From an uncultured delta proteobacterium (GTDB lineage: Bacteria; Desulfobacterota; Binatia; Binatales; Binataceae): 64,000 nt of DNA. Shown here piece by piece: positions 9,710-18,658 of the stretch. The first letter of the stretch is position 1. Each line of letters starts with the position of its first letter. The position numbers and the translations under genes are program-made. The DNA lies in assembly GCA_963711565.1 (NCBI GenBank), contig CAVQEQ010000003.1, positions 1,024,001-1,088,000 of the forward strand. The letters run 5' to 3'. Below the pieces are notes generated by a model that saw only the letters and a program-made list of their open reading frames with translations, was not told the DNA's origin and ran no database searches.

Positions 9710-10216
9710 TTGTCGCCTTCGTTGAAAAAAACACTGCTGAGAACCGGCCTCGTCTGCGCGACAGCCCTGCTCTCCATAGTAATCTTCGTTTCGGTCGTCG
9801 CGTACAATGGGCGCAGACTCGACAAGGAAAGCAAACGCTACGCGGACGCGGCAATTATCGCCATCACATCTCACTGGAATGAAAAGGAGCTGATCGTTCG
9901 TGCAAGTCCTCAATTGCTGGCTACGATGAAAGATCCGGTTGCGGTGCAATCCACGATGGGAGTGCTTAGCTTGCTCGGGCCACTGAAGAAATACGAAGGA
10001 TCGAAGGGCGAAGCTCGCATCGATTTTCATAGGCCCCTGGGATATACCCTCACCGCCCTATATGTGGCGCAGGCAGAATTTAGCGGGGGCCCAGCGCAGA
10101 TCACGATCTTACTCATAAAAGTCAACGGGGAGTGGAAAATTCTCAGCTTCAACGTCACTCAACATTTCTTCCCCGGTTTGTGGCAAACGAACCCCCAAAA
10201 ACAACCCAACATCTGA
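9710..10216 (+). CDS. Hypothetical protein with N-terminal membrane anchor
   Basis: 168-aa ORF filling the gap; TM segment GLVCATALLSIVIFVSVVAY; ends with KVNGEWKILSFNV. Confidence 0.6.
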   Translation: MSPSLKKTLLRTGLVCATALLSIVIFVSVVAYNGRRLDKESKRYADAAIIAITSHWNEKELIVRASPQLLATMKDPVAVQSTMGVLSLLGPLKKYEGSKGEARIDFHRPLGYTLTALYVAQAEFSGGPAQITILLIKVNGEWKILSFNVTQHFFPGLWQTNPQKQPNI

Positions 10217-10220
10217 CGGG

Positions 10221-11141
10221 CTAGCCGGGGTCGGCGACTGAGGTGGCGGCGGCGATCTGGGCGGCGTCGCGAATCTGGCCGAAATGGATTTTGCCCAGGT
10301 CGAATTCCTCGAGCGCCTTGATCATGCTGGTCAGCGCCGCCTTGCAAGTCGGAAGATTTTTTCGCGCTCGCGTGAGCGGATTGCATCGCGCGACGATGAA
10401 ATTTTTCAGATAGGGATGCATCAGGCCGCGCTTCTTGCCTGCTGCGACCAGCTCGACCGCGAGGTCGTCGGCGCGCTCGACCTGCGCCGCGCGCTCCTCG
10501 CGATCTTCGATCGCGTCCTTGAGCGGCTTGGCGAGGAATGTGTCAACGCGGCTCAGCAGTGGCGCGTACACGCCGCCGGAAAACCTCGATTTCTTTTCAT
10601 AGAGCAGGCCGAGCGTGATGTAATGCGCGCGCTCGAACTCGAAGGCGAAATCCTTCTCGGCGGATTTGGGACGATCGGCGAGGCGCGCGCGATACATCCG
10701 GATGACCTCGAGCGCCTTGTCGCGCAGGTTGTGCGCCTTCTCGGTGTTGAGCGCGAGAATCTGAAAGGCGACCTCGGGATCGGGTATCACGATCGCGGGA
10801 ATCATTTTGGCGCCGGACTTCAGCGCCGCGGCGCGACGATGGTTGCCGTTGGGAGTCCAGTAAATGCCGGCGGTGTAAACGGCGACGATCGGCTCAGTGA
10901 AACGATCGAGCTTCTTCATCACTTCGATCATGCGCTTGAGGTGGGCCGGCGAGAGGTCGCGCTGATACGGCGTCGCCTCGACCTTCGCAATCGGAAGCAT
11001 CGCGAACAGATGCCAGTGGTCGCCGACCGGCTCCTGATAGGCGGCAAGTGCAGCGCCGCCGTCGGCCTCGATAGCCGCCGCGAGGTCAGTTACCGCGGCC
11101 GGAAGTTTTGCGTCGCGCGGAGAAGTCGCTAATTCCACCAT
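10221..11141 (-). CDS. ParB N-terminal-domain protein (orphan)
   Basis: TPYQRDLS, FTEPIVAV, YWTPNGNHRRAA, ILALNTEKAHNLRDKALEVIRMYR. ATG 11141 chosen to avoid overlap with the divergent gene. Confidence 0.8.
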   Translation of the reverse strand: MVELATSPRDAKLPAAVTDLAAAIEADGGAALAAYQEPVGDHWHLFAMLPIAKVEATPYQRDLSPAHLKRMIEVMKKLDRFTEPIVAVYTAGIYWTPNGNHRRAAALKSGAKMIPAIVIPDPEVAFQILALNTEKAHNLRDKALEVIRMYRARLADRPKSAEKDFAFEFERAHYITLGLLYEKKSRFSGGVYAPLLSRVDTFLAKPLKDAIEDREERAAQVERADDLAVELVAAGKKRGLMHPYLKNFIVARCNPLTRARKNLPTCKAALTSMIKALEEFDLGKIHFGQIRDAAQIAAATSVADPG

Positions 11142-11207
11142 GCTCAAGTTTGTAGTTGATGGACCGCCTTGTGGACAACCGGAGATTCCGGGTAATACGG
11201 TTCCGCA

Positions 11208-12335
11208 GTGCTCAAGCGACTGACTCTTTTCATTCTGGTTGCGTTCTCCTTGACGGGCTGCCATTGCGGTGGGGGCGCACGATCCTTCAGCTACAGTTTG
11301 CGCCAGCCGCAGAATGATCGTGAGTTCTCGACCCTGCATACGATGCCCGATGGCGCCTTGCTCGTGCTAACCAAGCGGCTCGAACAGCCCAAGCAAATCT
11401 GGACTATCCGGCGCATCGCGGCCTGGGACACCTCGCAACCGCGTGAGGACGATCTGGATGTCAACGTGGGGCCGAATGATGAACCACTCGACTGGGCAGA
11501 CCAGTATGATCGGTGGGATAGGAACGTTCAGCTCTTAATGGACCCCGGAGGGAATTATCTGGTGGTCCGTTTGAGCCAGAACGCAGATACATGGAACTTT
11601 ATGTACAACCAGATCACCCCCGGCGTATATATAATGCCGATCTCTGTCCTGAACATTATCGATCTCCACGGGTTCAAGCTTCTAAGACGCGTCGTCGTCA
11701 CCGATCCTATGTTGGCATCAGGCGATATGGGTTTCAGTCCTACGGGAGCCTTAATCGTGAGCGGCGTTCAGGGCTATAAGAGCGCAACGATCGACGGCAA
11801 GGTGACCAATACCGGCTACTATGCGGTGGAAACCTTAGCCCTCCCCGACCTGAAGCCTGAAACGGTGTGCAGCTATACCCTTATCAACAAACTCTTTCTC
11901 GCCCAGACCGATACGACGCCGGAAGAAAAGGCATGCCGCCCCAAACTCGCTCCACTTGGTTTCGCCTCGTTAGACGATGTACGTAAAAGCCTCAACTTCC
12001 TTGGAATGCGGGAATACAGCGCGGACTACTCGATGAAGGTTCCACCTCAGTCGCCGTGGGGTTGCCAATTCGAGGATCTGTCCGGGGACCTGAAATATAC
12101 GCTGCTTGATTGCGACGAGAGCCGCATCGCGGTCACACTTCTCCCCTGGTATTATCGTGGGTTCAGGGTTTTCAAACTCGCGGATGGAACGCAAATCATG
12201 GATTTGAAGGTGCCGCACGGCCACTTGTGGTACGACCGCCCGCAGTTTTCCGGCGTGGTGGCCACGAGCCGCGGAGTCACCTACCTGGTTCTATTGCGCG
12301 ACGGCGCAGAACTCGAAGGCTACCGCGCACCTTAG
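11208..12335 (+). CDS. Hypothetical lipoprotein, beta-rich
   Basis: Signal peptide KRLTLFILVAFSLTGC with lipobox LTGC; 375 aa. Confidence 0.7.
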   Translation: MLKRLTLFILVAFSLTGCHCGGGARSFSYSLRQPQNDREFSTLHTMPDGALLVLTKRLEQPKQIWTIRRIAAWDTSQPREDDLDVNVGPNDEPLDWADQYDRWDRNVQLLMDPGGNYLVVRLSQNADTWNFMYNQITPGVYIMPISVLNIIDLHGFKLLRRVVVTDPMLASGDMGFSPTGALIVSGVQGYKSATIDGKVTNTGYYAVETLALPDLKPETVCSYTLINKLFLAQTDTTPEEKACRPKLAPLGFASLDDVRKSLNFLGMREYSADYSMKVPPQSPWGCQFEDLSGDLKYTLLDCDESRIAVTLLPWYYRGFRVFKLADGTQIMDLKVPHGHLWYDRPQFSGVVATSRGVTYLVLLRDGAELEGYRAP

Positions 12336-12388
12336 AAGCAGCGATTCAGGCGCGCGCTATCTAACGCCCACCGGTTTTCACCATCGAT

Positions 12389-13042
12389 TTAGTGCGGCGG
12401 CGCGGCTGCGCTGACTGCGACGATATGAAAATGGACCGTGGCCTCGTCGCCGGCCAGTAGCGTGTGGAACAGAACGGCGGGAACCTCGACGCCGAAATCC
12501 TCGTAGTCGAACTTCATCTCGCCGTCGCCGGTGAAGGTGCCGGCGGCGTCGAGTTTCGCATGCACCGACAGCGTCATGGCGTGGGCTTCGCCGTGCAGCG
12601 TGAGGAATCCGTTGACGATCGCGGTGCCTTCGTTAGGACCGCCCATCACGACGCCGACAATGCTATTGCTCTCGAATCCGATGGTTGGATATTTGTCCGC
12701 TTCGAGCGATTTCTCGGTGACCTTGCGATCTCGCGAGGTACTGTCGCTGCGGTAGCTGCTCGCGTCGATCAGGATTCGTACCTTGCCGGTCGCCGGGACG
12801 TTGGCGGGATCGACGCTGACCGCGCCGTCGATTATGCGGAACGTCCCGACTGCGCTGCCGCGGATCCATGCGGCCGGTTCCGCGACCGCCACGCTGACCG
12901 TACTGCGATCAACGTCGACTTTGAAGTGCATCACCGCCGCGCTCGCCGCGCCCGGCTCGAAAGCGATCAGCGCGAACGCGCTCGCAATCGCGATCAGCAC
13001 CCACGTGAGGACGTCGCGAAATTCAGTTGCGGATTTTTTCAA
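12389..13042 (-). CDS. YceI-family periplasmic lipid/polyisoprenoid-binding protein
   Basis: Signal-like N-terminus; IDASSYRSDSTSRD, LEADKYPTIGFES, GFLTLHG, FDYEDFGV. TTG 13042 has GAGGAA upstream. Confidence 0.85.
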   Translation of the reverse strand: MKKSATEFRDVLTWVLIAIASAFALIAFEPGAASAAVMHFKVDVDRSTVSVAVAEPAAWIRGSAVGTFRIIDGAVSVDPANVPATGKVRILIDASSYRSDSTSRDRKVTEKSLEADKYPTIGFESNSIVGVVMGGPNEGTAIVNGFLTLHGEAHAMTLSVHAKLDAAGTFTGDGEMKFDYEDFGVEVPAVLFHTLLAGDEATVHFHIVAVSAAAPPH

Positions 13043-13067
13043 TTGCCAAATTCCTCTCGTCGTGCGA

Positions 13068-14792
13068 TCAGCCGAAGCGGCGGCGCGCGATTGCGACACC
13101 GATAACAGTGTAGATGATTCCGAAGCCGAAATTGACCGCGGCCGGAATCAGCGCGCTCGACGCGGCGAGATCGCGAATCATCAAATCGTTGAAGGCGCGC
13201 ATCGCCCAGGTGGTAGGCAGCGCGAGCGCGACCTGCTGCATCCAGGCCGGTTCGAAATCGATCGGCCACCAACACCCGCCGATCGCCGCCATCGTCATGA
13301 TCACGATTGCGCCTACGGGCAGAACGGCGTCGCGGGTCTTGCCCACTCCGGCGACGATCAAACCGAAGGCCGCGCCCGCAAACGCGATCGCCGCCGCCGG
13401 CATAATCAACGCGGCTGGCGTGCGCCCGAGCGAAATTCCGAACAGGACGTATCCGGCGGCGAACAGCACCGCCATCTGGATGAAGCCGACGACGAAGCGC
13501 GCGAGCAACTTGCCGGTGAGCGTGGTCCACAGCGGCGCCGACGCCGAGCGCAGACGTTCGAGCGTGCCCCAATCGTGCTCGTCGATCAGCGCCAGCGACA
13601 CGCCCATCAGCATCCCGATCAAAAGAAAGGTCACGGCAAAACCCGGCACCTGGAGGTCAAAGGCATTGAATCCGGCGAACTCGCCGATTTTCCTGCCGGC
13701 CAAATCGAGCTCGGTGAGTCCGAGCGTGCCGGGAACCGCAAGGTTCGGATCGATCGCGGGCACTTCAGGAATGTTGAGGAGCGGAATTTTTGGCGCCGGC
13801 GGCAACTCGGGCAGCTTGAGATCGATCGGCGGAATCGTCAGCGCGTTTTCGAGACGGGACCGTGCGTCGCGAAAGTCCGTGACCGGCGCGAGGTTGATCC
13901 CGCCGAGATTCAGATCGGCCGGCAGAGTCGGGATCTCCGGCGGCGGCGGAATCTCGCTGGCGTGGCTGCCGGCGAGCTCCTTCAGTTGGCCAAACCAGCT
14001 CTCGAAGCGGCCGTGCGCGATCTCGAGGCGGCTCAGGTAATCCTTGAGCTCGTCGAGTTTCGCCTGCCGCGCGGCGGTGTCGGCGTCGAGCTTGCGCTGA
14101 ATGCGATCCATCTCGGTGTCGAGCGCCAGCCGGGTTTGATCGCGCGCGGCGGTCAAAGCGGTCTCGATGTGCGCGCGAATCTTCGGCTCCATCGCGGCGC
14201 GCGAGGCGTCGGCTTGCGTGGCCAGGCGAGCGGCTTCGGCGCGGCCTTGCTCGGCGGACGCGCGCGCCTGATCGAGCTGGCGGGTAAAATTGCGCGTCTG
14301 TTCGGCGGTTTGAGTGCGCGCCTGCGCGGCCGCGCCGGCAGTGATTCTTCTGCACAATTCCGAAAGCGCCAGCTCGACCTTTATGGTCTGCAGATACTTG
14401 ACCGGATCGGTGTAGAGAATGAGCTGCGCGCCGACGCCGTGCTCGATCGCATTGGTCGTTCCAGCGGGAATGACGATTCCAACCACCGCCAATTTGCGCT
14501 CTCGGACAGTCTGTTCGGCGTCGCGGCGGCTCGAAGCCTGAAGCACCGCCAGGTCCGGCTGATGCGCGAGCGCGTCTAGGATCGCGCGTGCGATGGCGCC
14601 GTGATCTTCGTCGAAAACGGCCACCGAATATTCGCCGTGCGGCGCGTTTTGACCGCCATAAACTTTCGCCAGCGAGAACCCGGCAGCGGCGATGACGGCG
14701 ATTGGCGCGACCAGCAGCATGAACAAGCCGACGCGGTCGCGCCGGATGAGCCGGAATTCCTTTCCGATCGTCAGCCACACTGCGCGCAGCAT
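13068..14792 (-). CDS. ABC-2 type exporter permease with an extended periplasmic domain
   Basis: KEFRLIRRDR N-terminus; C-terminal TM bundle VPGFAVTFLL...GTLERL...GGCWWP...LPTTWAMRAF. Confidence 0.88.
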   Translation of the reverse strand: MLRAVWLTIGKEFRLIRRDRVGLFMLLVAPIAVIAAAGFSLAKVYGGQNAPHGEYSVAVFDEDHGAIARAILDALAHQPDLAVLQASSRRDAEQTVRERKLAVVGIVIPAGTTNAIEHGVGAQLILYTDPVKYLQTIKVELALSELCRRITAGAAAQARTQTAEQTRNFTRQLDQARASAEQGRAEAARLATQADASRAAMEPKIRAHIETALTAARDQTRLALDTEMDRIQRKLDADTAARQAKLDELKDYLSRLEIAHGRFESWFGQLKELAGSHASEIPPPPEIPTLPADLNLGGINLAPVTDFRDARSRLENALTIPPIDLKLPELPPAPKIPLLNIPEVPAIDPNLAVPGTLGLTELDLAGRKIGEFAGFNAFDLQVPGFAVTFLLIGMLMGVSLALIDEHDWGTLERLRSASAPLWTTLTGKLLARFVVGFIQMAVLFAAGYVLFGISLGRTPAALIMPAAAIAFAGAAFGLIVAGVGKTRDAVLPVGAIVIMTMAAIGGCWWPIDFEPAWMQQVALALPTTWAMRAFNDLMIRDLAASSALIPAAVNFGFGIIYTVIGVAIARRRFG

Positions 14793-14811
14793 TATCGCCT
14801 CGAGTGAAACA

Positions 14812-15768
14812 TCAGGTTGGCGGCGCGTCGCGCAGCGCGTGTCCGGTTAGTTTCAGGAACGCGTCCTGAAGATTCGGGCGATGAACATGGAATTCGATCA
14901 CCTCGTCGCCAACCTCAGCGGCGCGGCGAATTACGTCGGGCACCTGCTCGAGGGAGTGCAAGGTGAGCGCCGCCGCGAAGCCGTCGGCTACCTCCCACGG
15001 CATTTCGCCGACGCCCGCTATGCCGTTGGACCATCCGGGTGGCAGCGCTTTTTTGGTCATGATTTCGATCCGCGGCTCGGTACCCGCCAGTGCGATCAGT
15101 TCGCGGTCGGTGCCTTGCGCAACTATTTTCCCGTGATCGATCAGCACGATCCGGTTGCATAGCCGTTCCGCTTCTTCCATGTAATGGGTGCTGTAAAGGA
15201 TCGCGCCGCCGGCTTGCGCGGCCGCCTCAACCACGGCGAAAATTCGTCCGCGCGATTGCGGATCGACGCCAACGGTCGGCTCGTCGAGCATGATCGCGGC
15301 CGGAAAATGCATCATGCCGCACGCGATGTTCAGCCGGCGCATCATGCCGCCGGAAAATTCGCCAACCGTGTCGTCAGCGCGATCGTCGAGGCCGACCTCC
15401 GCGAGCAACGCGCGCGCGTGGCCAATTGCATCGCTCGAGGACATGCCCTGGATTCGTCCCCAGAACATCAGGTTCTCGAGCGCGGTGAGCGTGGGATACA
15501 ACGCCAGCGACTGCGGCACCAGACCGAGGCTTCTGCGCGCCACGCGCGGTTCGGTAGCGAGGTCGTGGGTGGCAATCGACGCGCGCCCGGAGTCGGGCGC
15601 AATCACACCTGAAAGAATCGAGAGCGTGGTCGTTTTGCCGGCGCCGTTGGGACCGAGCAGTCCGACGATCTCGCCGGCGTTGACGGCAAACGACACGCCG
15701 TCGAGCGCAACGCGATCGCCGTAGCGCTTGCGGAGATCTTCCGCGCGGATCATTGGCCCCGAGTTCAT
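14812..15768 (-). CDS. ABC transporter ATP-binding protein
   Basis: GPNGAGKTT, FSGGM, MLDEPTVGVDPQSR, STHYMEE. Confidence 0.95.
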   Translation of the reverse strand: MNSGPMIRAEDLRKRYGDRVALDGVSFAVNAGEIVGLLGPNGAGKTTTLSILSGVIAPDSGRASIATHDLATEPRVARRSLGLVPQSLALYPTLTALENLMFWGRIQGMSSSDAIGHARALLAEVGLDDRADDTVGEFSGGMMRRLNIACGMMHFPAAIMLDEPTVGVDPQSRGRIFAVVEAAAQAGGAILYSTHYMEEAERLCNRIVLIDHGKIVAQGTDRELIALAGTEPRIEIMTKKALPPGWSNGIAGVGEMPWEVADGFAAALTLHSLEQVPDVIRRAAEVGDEVIEFHVHRPNLQDAFLKLTGHALRDAPPT

Positions 15769-15808
15769 CGCGATTGAACCATCGGCGCGCGTGATTTCAG
15801 GTCGGCAT

Positions 15809-16201
15809 TCAGCGGTAACTCACCATCTCGAGCAGGTTGCCATCGGGATCGAGAAAGTAGATGCAATCGTGATCGCCCCAGTCGATTGGCGCGGCGCTCT
15901 CGACGCCGGCCGCCGCGAGGCGCTCGCGCGCGCCGGCAAAATCACTCGCCTTCACCTTGAACGCATGATGACCGCGGCCGAGCGGATGTGCGATGAGCGA
16001 TTGCCGCGAGGCGTCGTCGAGCGGCGGCCTGGGCACCTCGAACAGCGCAAGGTTCTGGCCGCCACATTCGAGCAGTACCTGATCGCCGAAACGGTTGACG
16101 ACCTGGAGGCCGAGCACCTCGGTATAGAAACGTTCCGCGCGTGCGAGGTTCGCCACCTCGATACCGAAATGATCCAGCCGCTCGAGTTTCATCGGGGGCA
16201 C
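15809..16201 (-). CDS. VOC/glyoxalase family protein
   Basis: LDHFGIEV...FYTEVLGL...HHAF...YFLDPDGNLLE. Confidence 0.9.
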   Translation of the reverse strand: MPPMKLERLDHFGIEVANLARAERFYTEVLGLQVVNRFGDQVLLECGGQNLALFEVPRPPLDDASRQSLIAHPLGRGHHAFKVKASDFAGARERLAAAGVESAAPIDWGDHDCIYFLDPDGNLLEMVSYR

Positions 16202-16230
16202 CGGATCAGATTATCCACGAGAACAAATGA

Positions 16231-18621
16231 TTAGAAAGATGCCGCCGCCGTGCCGCTCTCGAGGTCGGGCCGCTTCGATGCGATTACGCGTTCCTTCTCG
16301 CGGTGGATGAAGGCGGGGTCGAAAGTAACGATCAGGACGGGCAGAATGGTCATCGCGCCAAGCATCGAAACGAACATCCAGACCGCCAGCAGCATGCCCA
16401 TCTCGGCGTCGAAGCGGATGCTCGACCAGTACCAGAACAGGACCGACGCGACCAGCGTCAGCGCGGTGAAGGCGACGGCCTTGCCCGAAGTGATCAGGGC
16501 GGCATAGGTACTTTCCTTGATATCGTGGCCCGCCGCGAGCTCTTCAATGATGCGACTTACTATGTAAATAGAATAGTCAATCCCGAATCCGACGCCGACA
16601 GTGACTACTGGCAGAGTATTGATGTTGATACCTATATCATGGGCGCCCATATAGGCATTGATCGCGGCGTTGGCCAGCGCCAGTGGGAATAGCAAATAGA
16701 ATCCCGCCATGAATGAGCGATAGGTAATTAGTATTATTATATAGATAGTCGCGAACGCGAGCACGTTGAGCAGAAGATCGTTGTCGATGATCTCCTGGTT
16801 GGCGGCCGCCAGCTCACCGATGATCCCGGCGGCAAGCGAAAACGTGACGCCCGGCACATGGTGATCGGGTTCGGCGAAGAATCGCTGCGTGCGCAACACC
16901 ACCCGCTGGACGTTTTCACCCTCGCGATCCTTCGTGTACACCGTAATCTGGGTGGCGTCGCGGCGCGGCGTAATGATGTAGGCGGTGGACAGCGGAGACG
17001 CTCCCGCCAGCAAGCCGCCGAGCAGTTGTCCCGTCCCGCGCGCGGTCGTCGGCAGCACGTTCCACTTGGGCTGGAACTCCCTGAGCGCGGAGCCGCCGTT
17101 CGACAGCAGATCGGCGACCGAGAACGTGCGCCCCACCGCCGGATCGCGCTCCATGTAGCGCTCGTACTCGTCCATCACGTGGTAGAGCTTCGGATTGTTG
17201 AGCGAGTCGCGCTTGGAGAGCTCGGCGACGACGACAAACTGCTCGATCGCGCCGAACTCCTCCTGGATCGCCGCCATCGATTTGTTGTAGGCCGATTTGG
17301 GCCACAGGATCGGCGACGAAGACGACGGGTCTCCGACCTTGAGACCGGTCCAGAAAAACGCGCACATCGCGATCACCGCGGCCGTGGCGGCAAAGGTCGC
17401 GATGCGTCCCGATCTTTCCAGCATCGGCCTGGCGATCGACACCAGCATTCGTTTGAAGAAGCCGCGCTCGCGGCGCTCGATCACGTCGATGTGCGGCGGA
17501 TCGAGGTAGTAGTACACGATCGGATTGAGTATCAACTCGCTCACGATGATCGCGGCAATCCAGAAGCTCGCGGTGATCGCGAGTTTCTGCAGGAACACCA
17601 CCGGCACCAGCAGGATGACGAGCACGCCGAACGCGTCGGTCAGGATTCCCGACAGCGACGGCACGAACAACTCCGAGAATGACGACAGGATGGCTTTCTC
17701 CTTATCGCGCAGGCGGTAGAACTCCTCGTAGTACCGATCGTGCATCTGCACCGAGTGGCTGACCGCGCGCGCGGTTATCAGGAACGGGATGACGAGCACC
17801 AGCGGGTCGAGTCCGAAGCCGAGCAGCCGGATGAAGCCGAGGCCCCAGATGGCGCAAATGACGCCGGAAATCGTCGGCCGCAGCGCGCCGCGCCAATCGC
17901 GGAAATAAACGTAGAGCAGGATCCAGACCGCGAGCACCGTCGCGACGAAGATCCACAGAAATTCAGGCGTGTAGTGATACACCCAGCCGTACAGGATCGG
18001 CTGTCCGCCATAGTAGATGTGCACTGTCGCGTCGCGCTCCGGCATCACGACGATTTTCCGAATCTCGTCGAAGATGCGCGTGTAGTCGAGCCGCGATTCG
18101 AGAAAGCTGCCCTCGATCACGGCCGCGCGGTCGTCGAGCGAAACGAAGCGGCCGAAGATCACGCCGGGATTTTTGTGGACGTTGCTCTCGAGTTCATCGA
18201 GGTCGGCCTGGGTCCTGGGAATTTCGCCGTTCGGCATTACCGGCGTATTGACGATCACGCCGCCGGCCAGCGGACGGAAGTAGCTCGAGGTCACGATCGA
18301 GCGCACGGAGCCGTGCTGGATCCCGTAAACGAGATCCATGTTGTTCGTCATGTTGACGATCTTCTTGATGATCGCGGGCGTGTAGATCGTCCCTTCTTTC
18401 GCCTCGATCATGATCGTGACGTTGTTGACGCTGCCGAAGTACTGGTCGTACTTGTGCGCGATCTGGATGAACGGATGGTTCTGCGGCAGCAAATCGCCGA
18501 AGCTCGTGACCAACTGGGTCTGTGCCGCGAAGTAGCCGAAGAACGCCGTGAGCGCGCCGACGATCGCCAGCACCAGGAAGCGCCAGCGCAGAATCCATTC
18601 ACCAAAACGGTACCAGGTCAT
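16231..18621 (-). CDS. MMPL/RND family transporter
   Basis: 796 aa with two TM+periplasmic repeats; ARAVSHSVQMHDRYYEE, GVGFGIDYSIY, SGKAVAFTALT. Confidence 0.92.
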   Translation of the reverse strand: MTWYRFGEWILRWRFLVLAIVGALTAFFGYFAAQTQLVTSFGDLLPQNHPFIQIAHKYDQYFGSVNNVTIMIEAKEGTIYTPAIIKKIVNMTNNMDLVYGIQHGSVRSIVTSSYFRPLAGGVIVNTPVMPNGEIPRTQADLDELESNVHKNPGVIFGRFVSLDDRAAVIEGSFLESRLDYTRIFDEIRKIVVMPERDATVHIYYGGQPILYGWVYHYTPEFLWIFVATVLAVWILLYVYFRDWRGALRPTISGVICAIWGLGFIRLLGFGLDPLVLVIPFLITARAVSHSVQMHDRYYEEFYRLRDKEKAILSSFSELFVPSLSGILTDAFGVLVILLVPVVFLQKLAITASFWIAAIIVSELILNPIVYYYLDPPHIDVIERRERGFFKRMLVSIARPMLERSGRIATFAATAAVIAMCAFFWTGLKVGDPSSSSPILWPKSAYNKSMAAIQEEFGAIEQFVVVAELSKRDSLNNPKLYHVMDEYERYMERDPAVGRTFSVADLLSNGGSALREFQPKWNVLPTTARGTGQLLGGLLAGASPLSTAYIITPRRDATQITVYTKDREGENVQRVVLRTQRFFAEPDHHVPGVTFSLAAGIIGELAAANQEIIDNDLLLNVLAFATIYIIILITYRSFMAGFYLLFPLALANAAINAYMGAHDIGININTLPVVTVGVGFGIDYSIYIVSRIIEELAAGHDIKESTYAALITSGKAVAFTALTLVASVLFWYWSSIRFDAEMGMLLAVWMFVSMLGAMTILPVLIVTFDPAFIHREKERVIASKRPDLESGTAAASF

Positions 18622-18658
18622 TGCGTTCTCCGAACTCTCCCTGCGCGCGCCTTCACGC

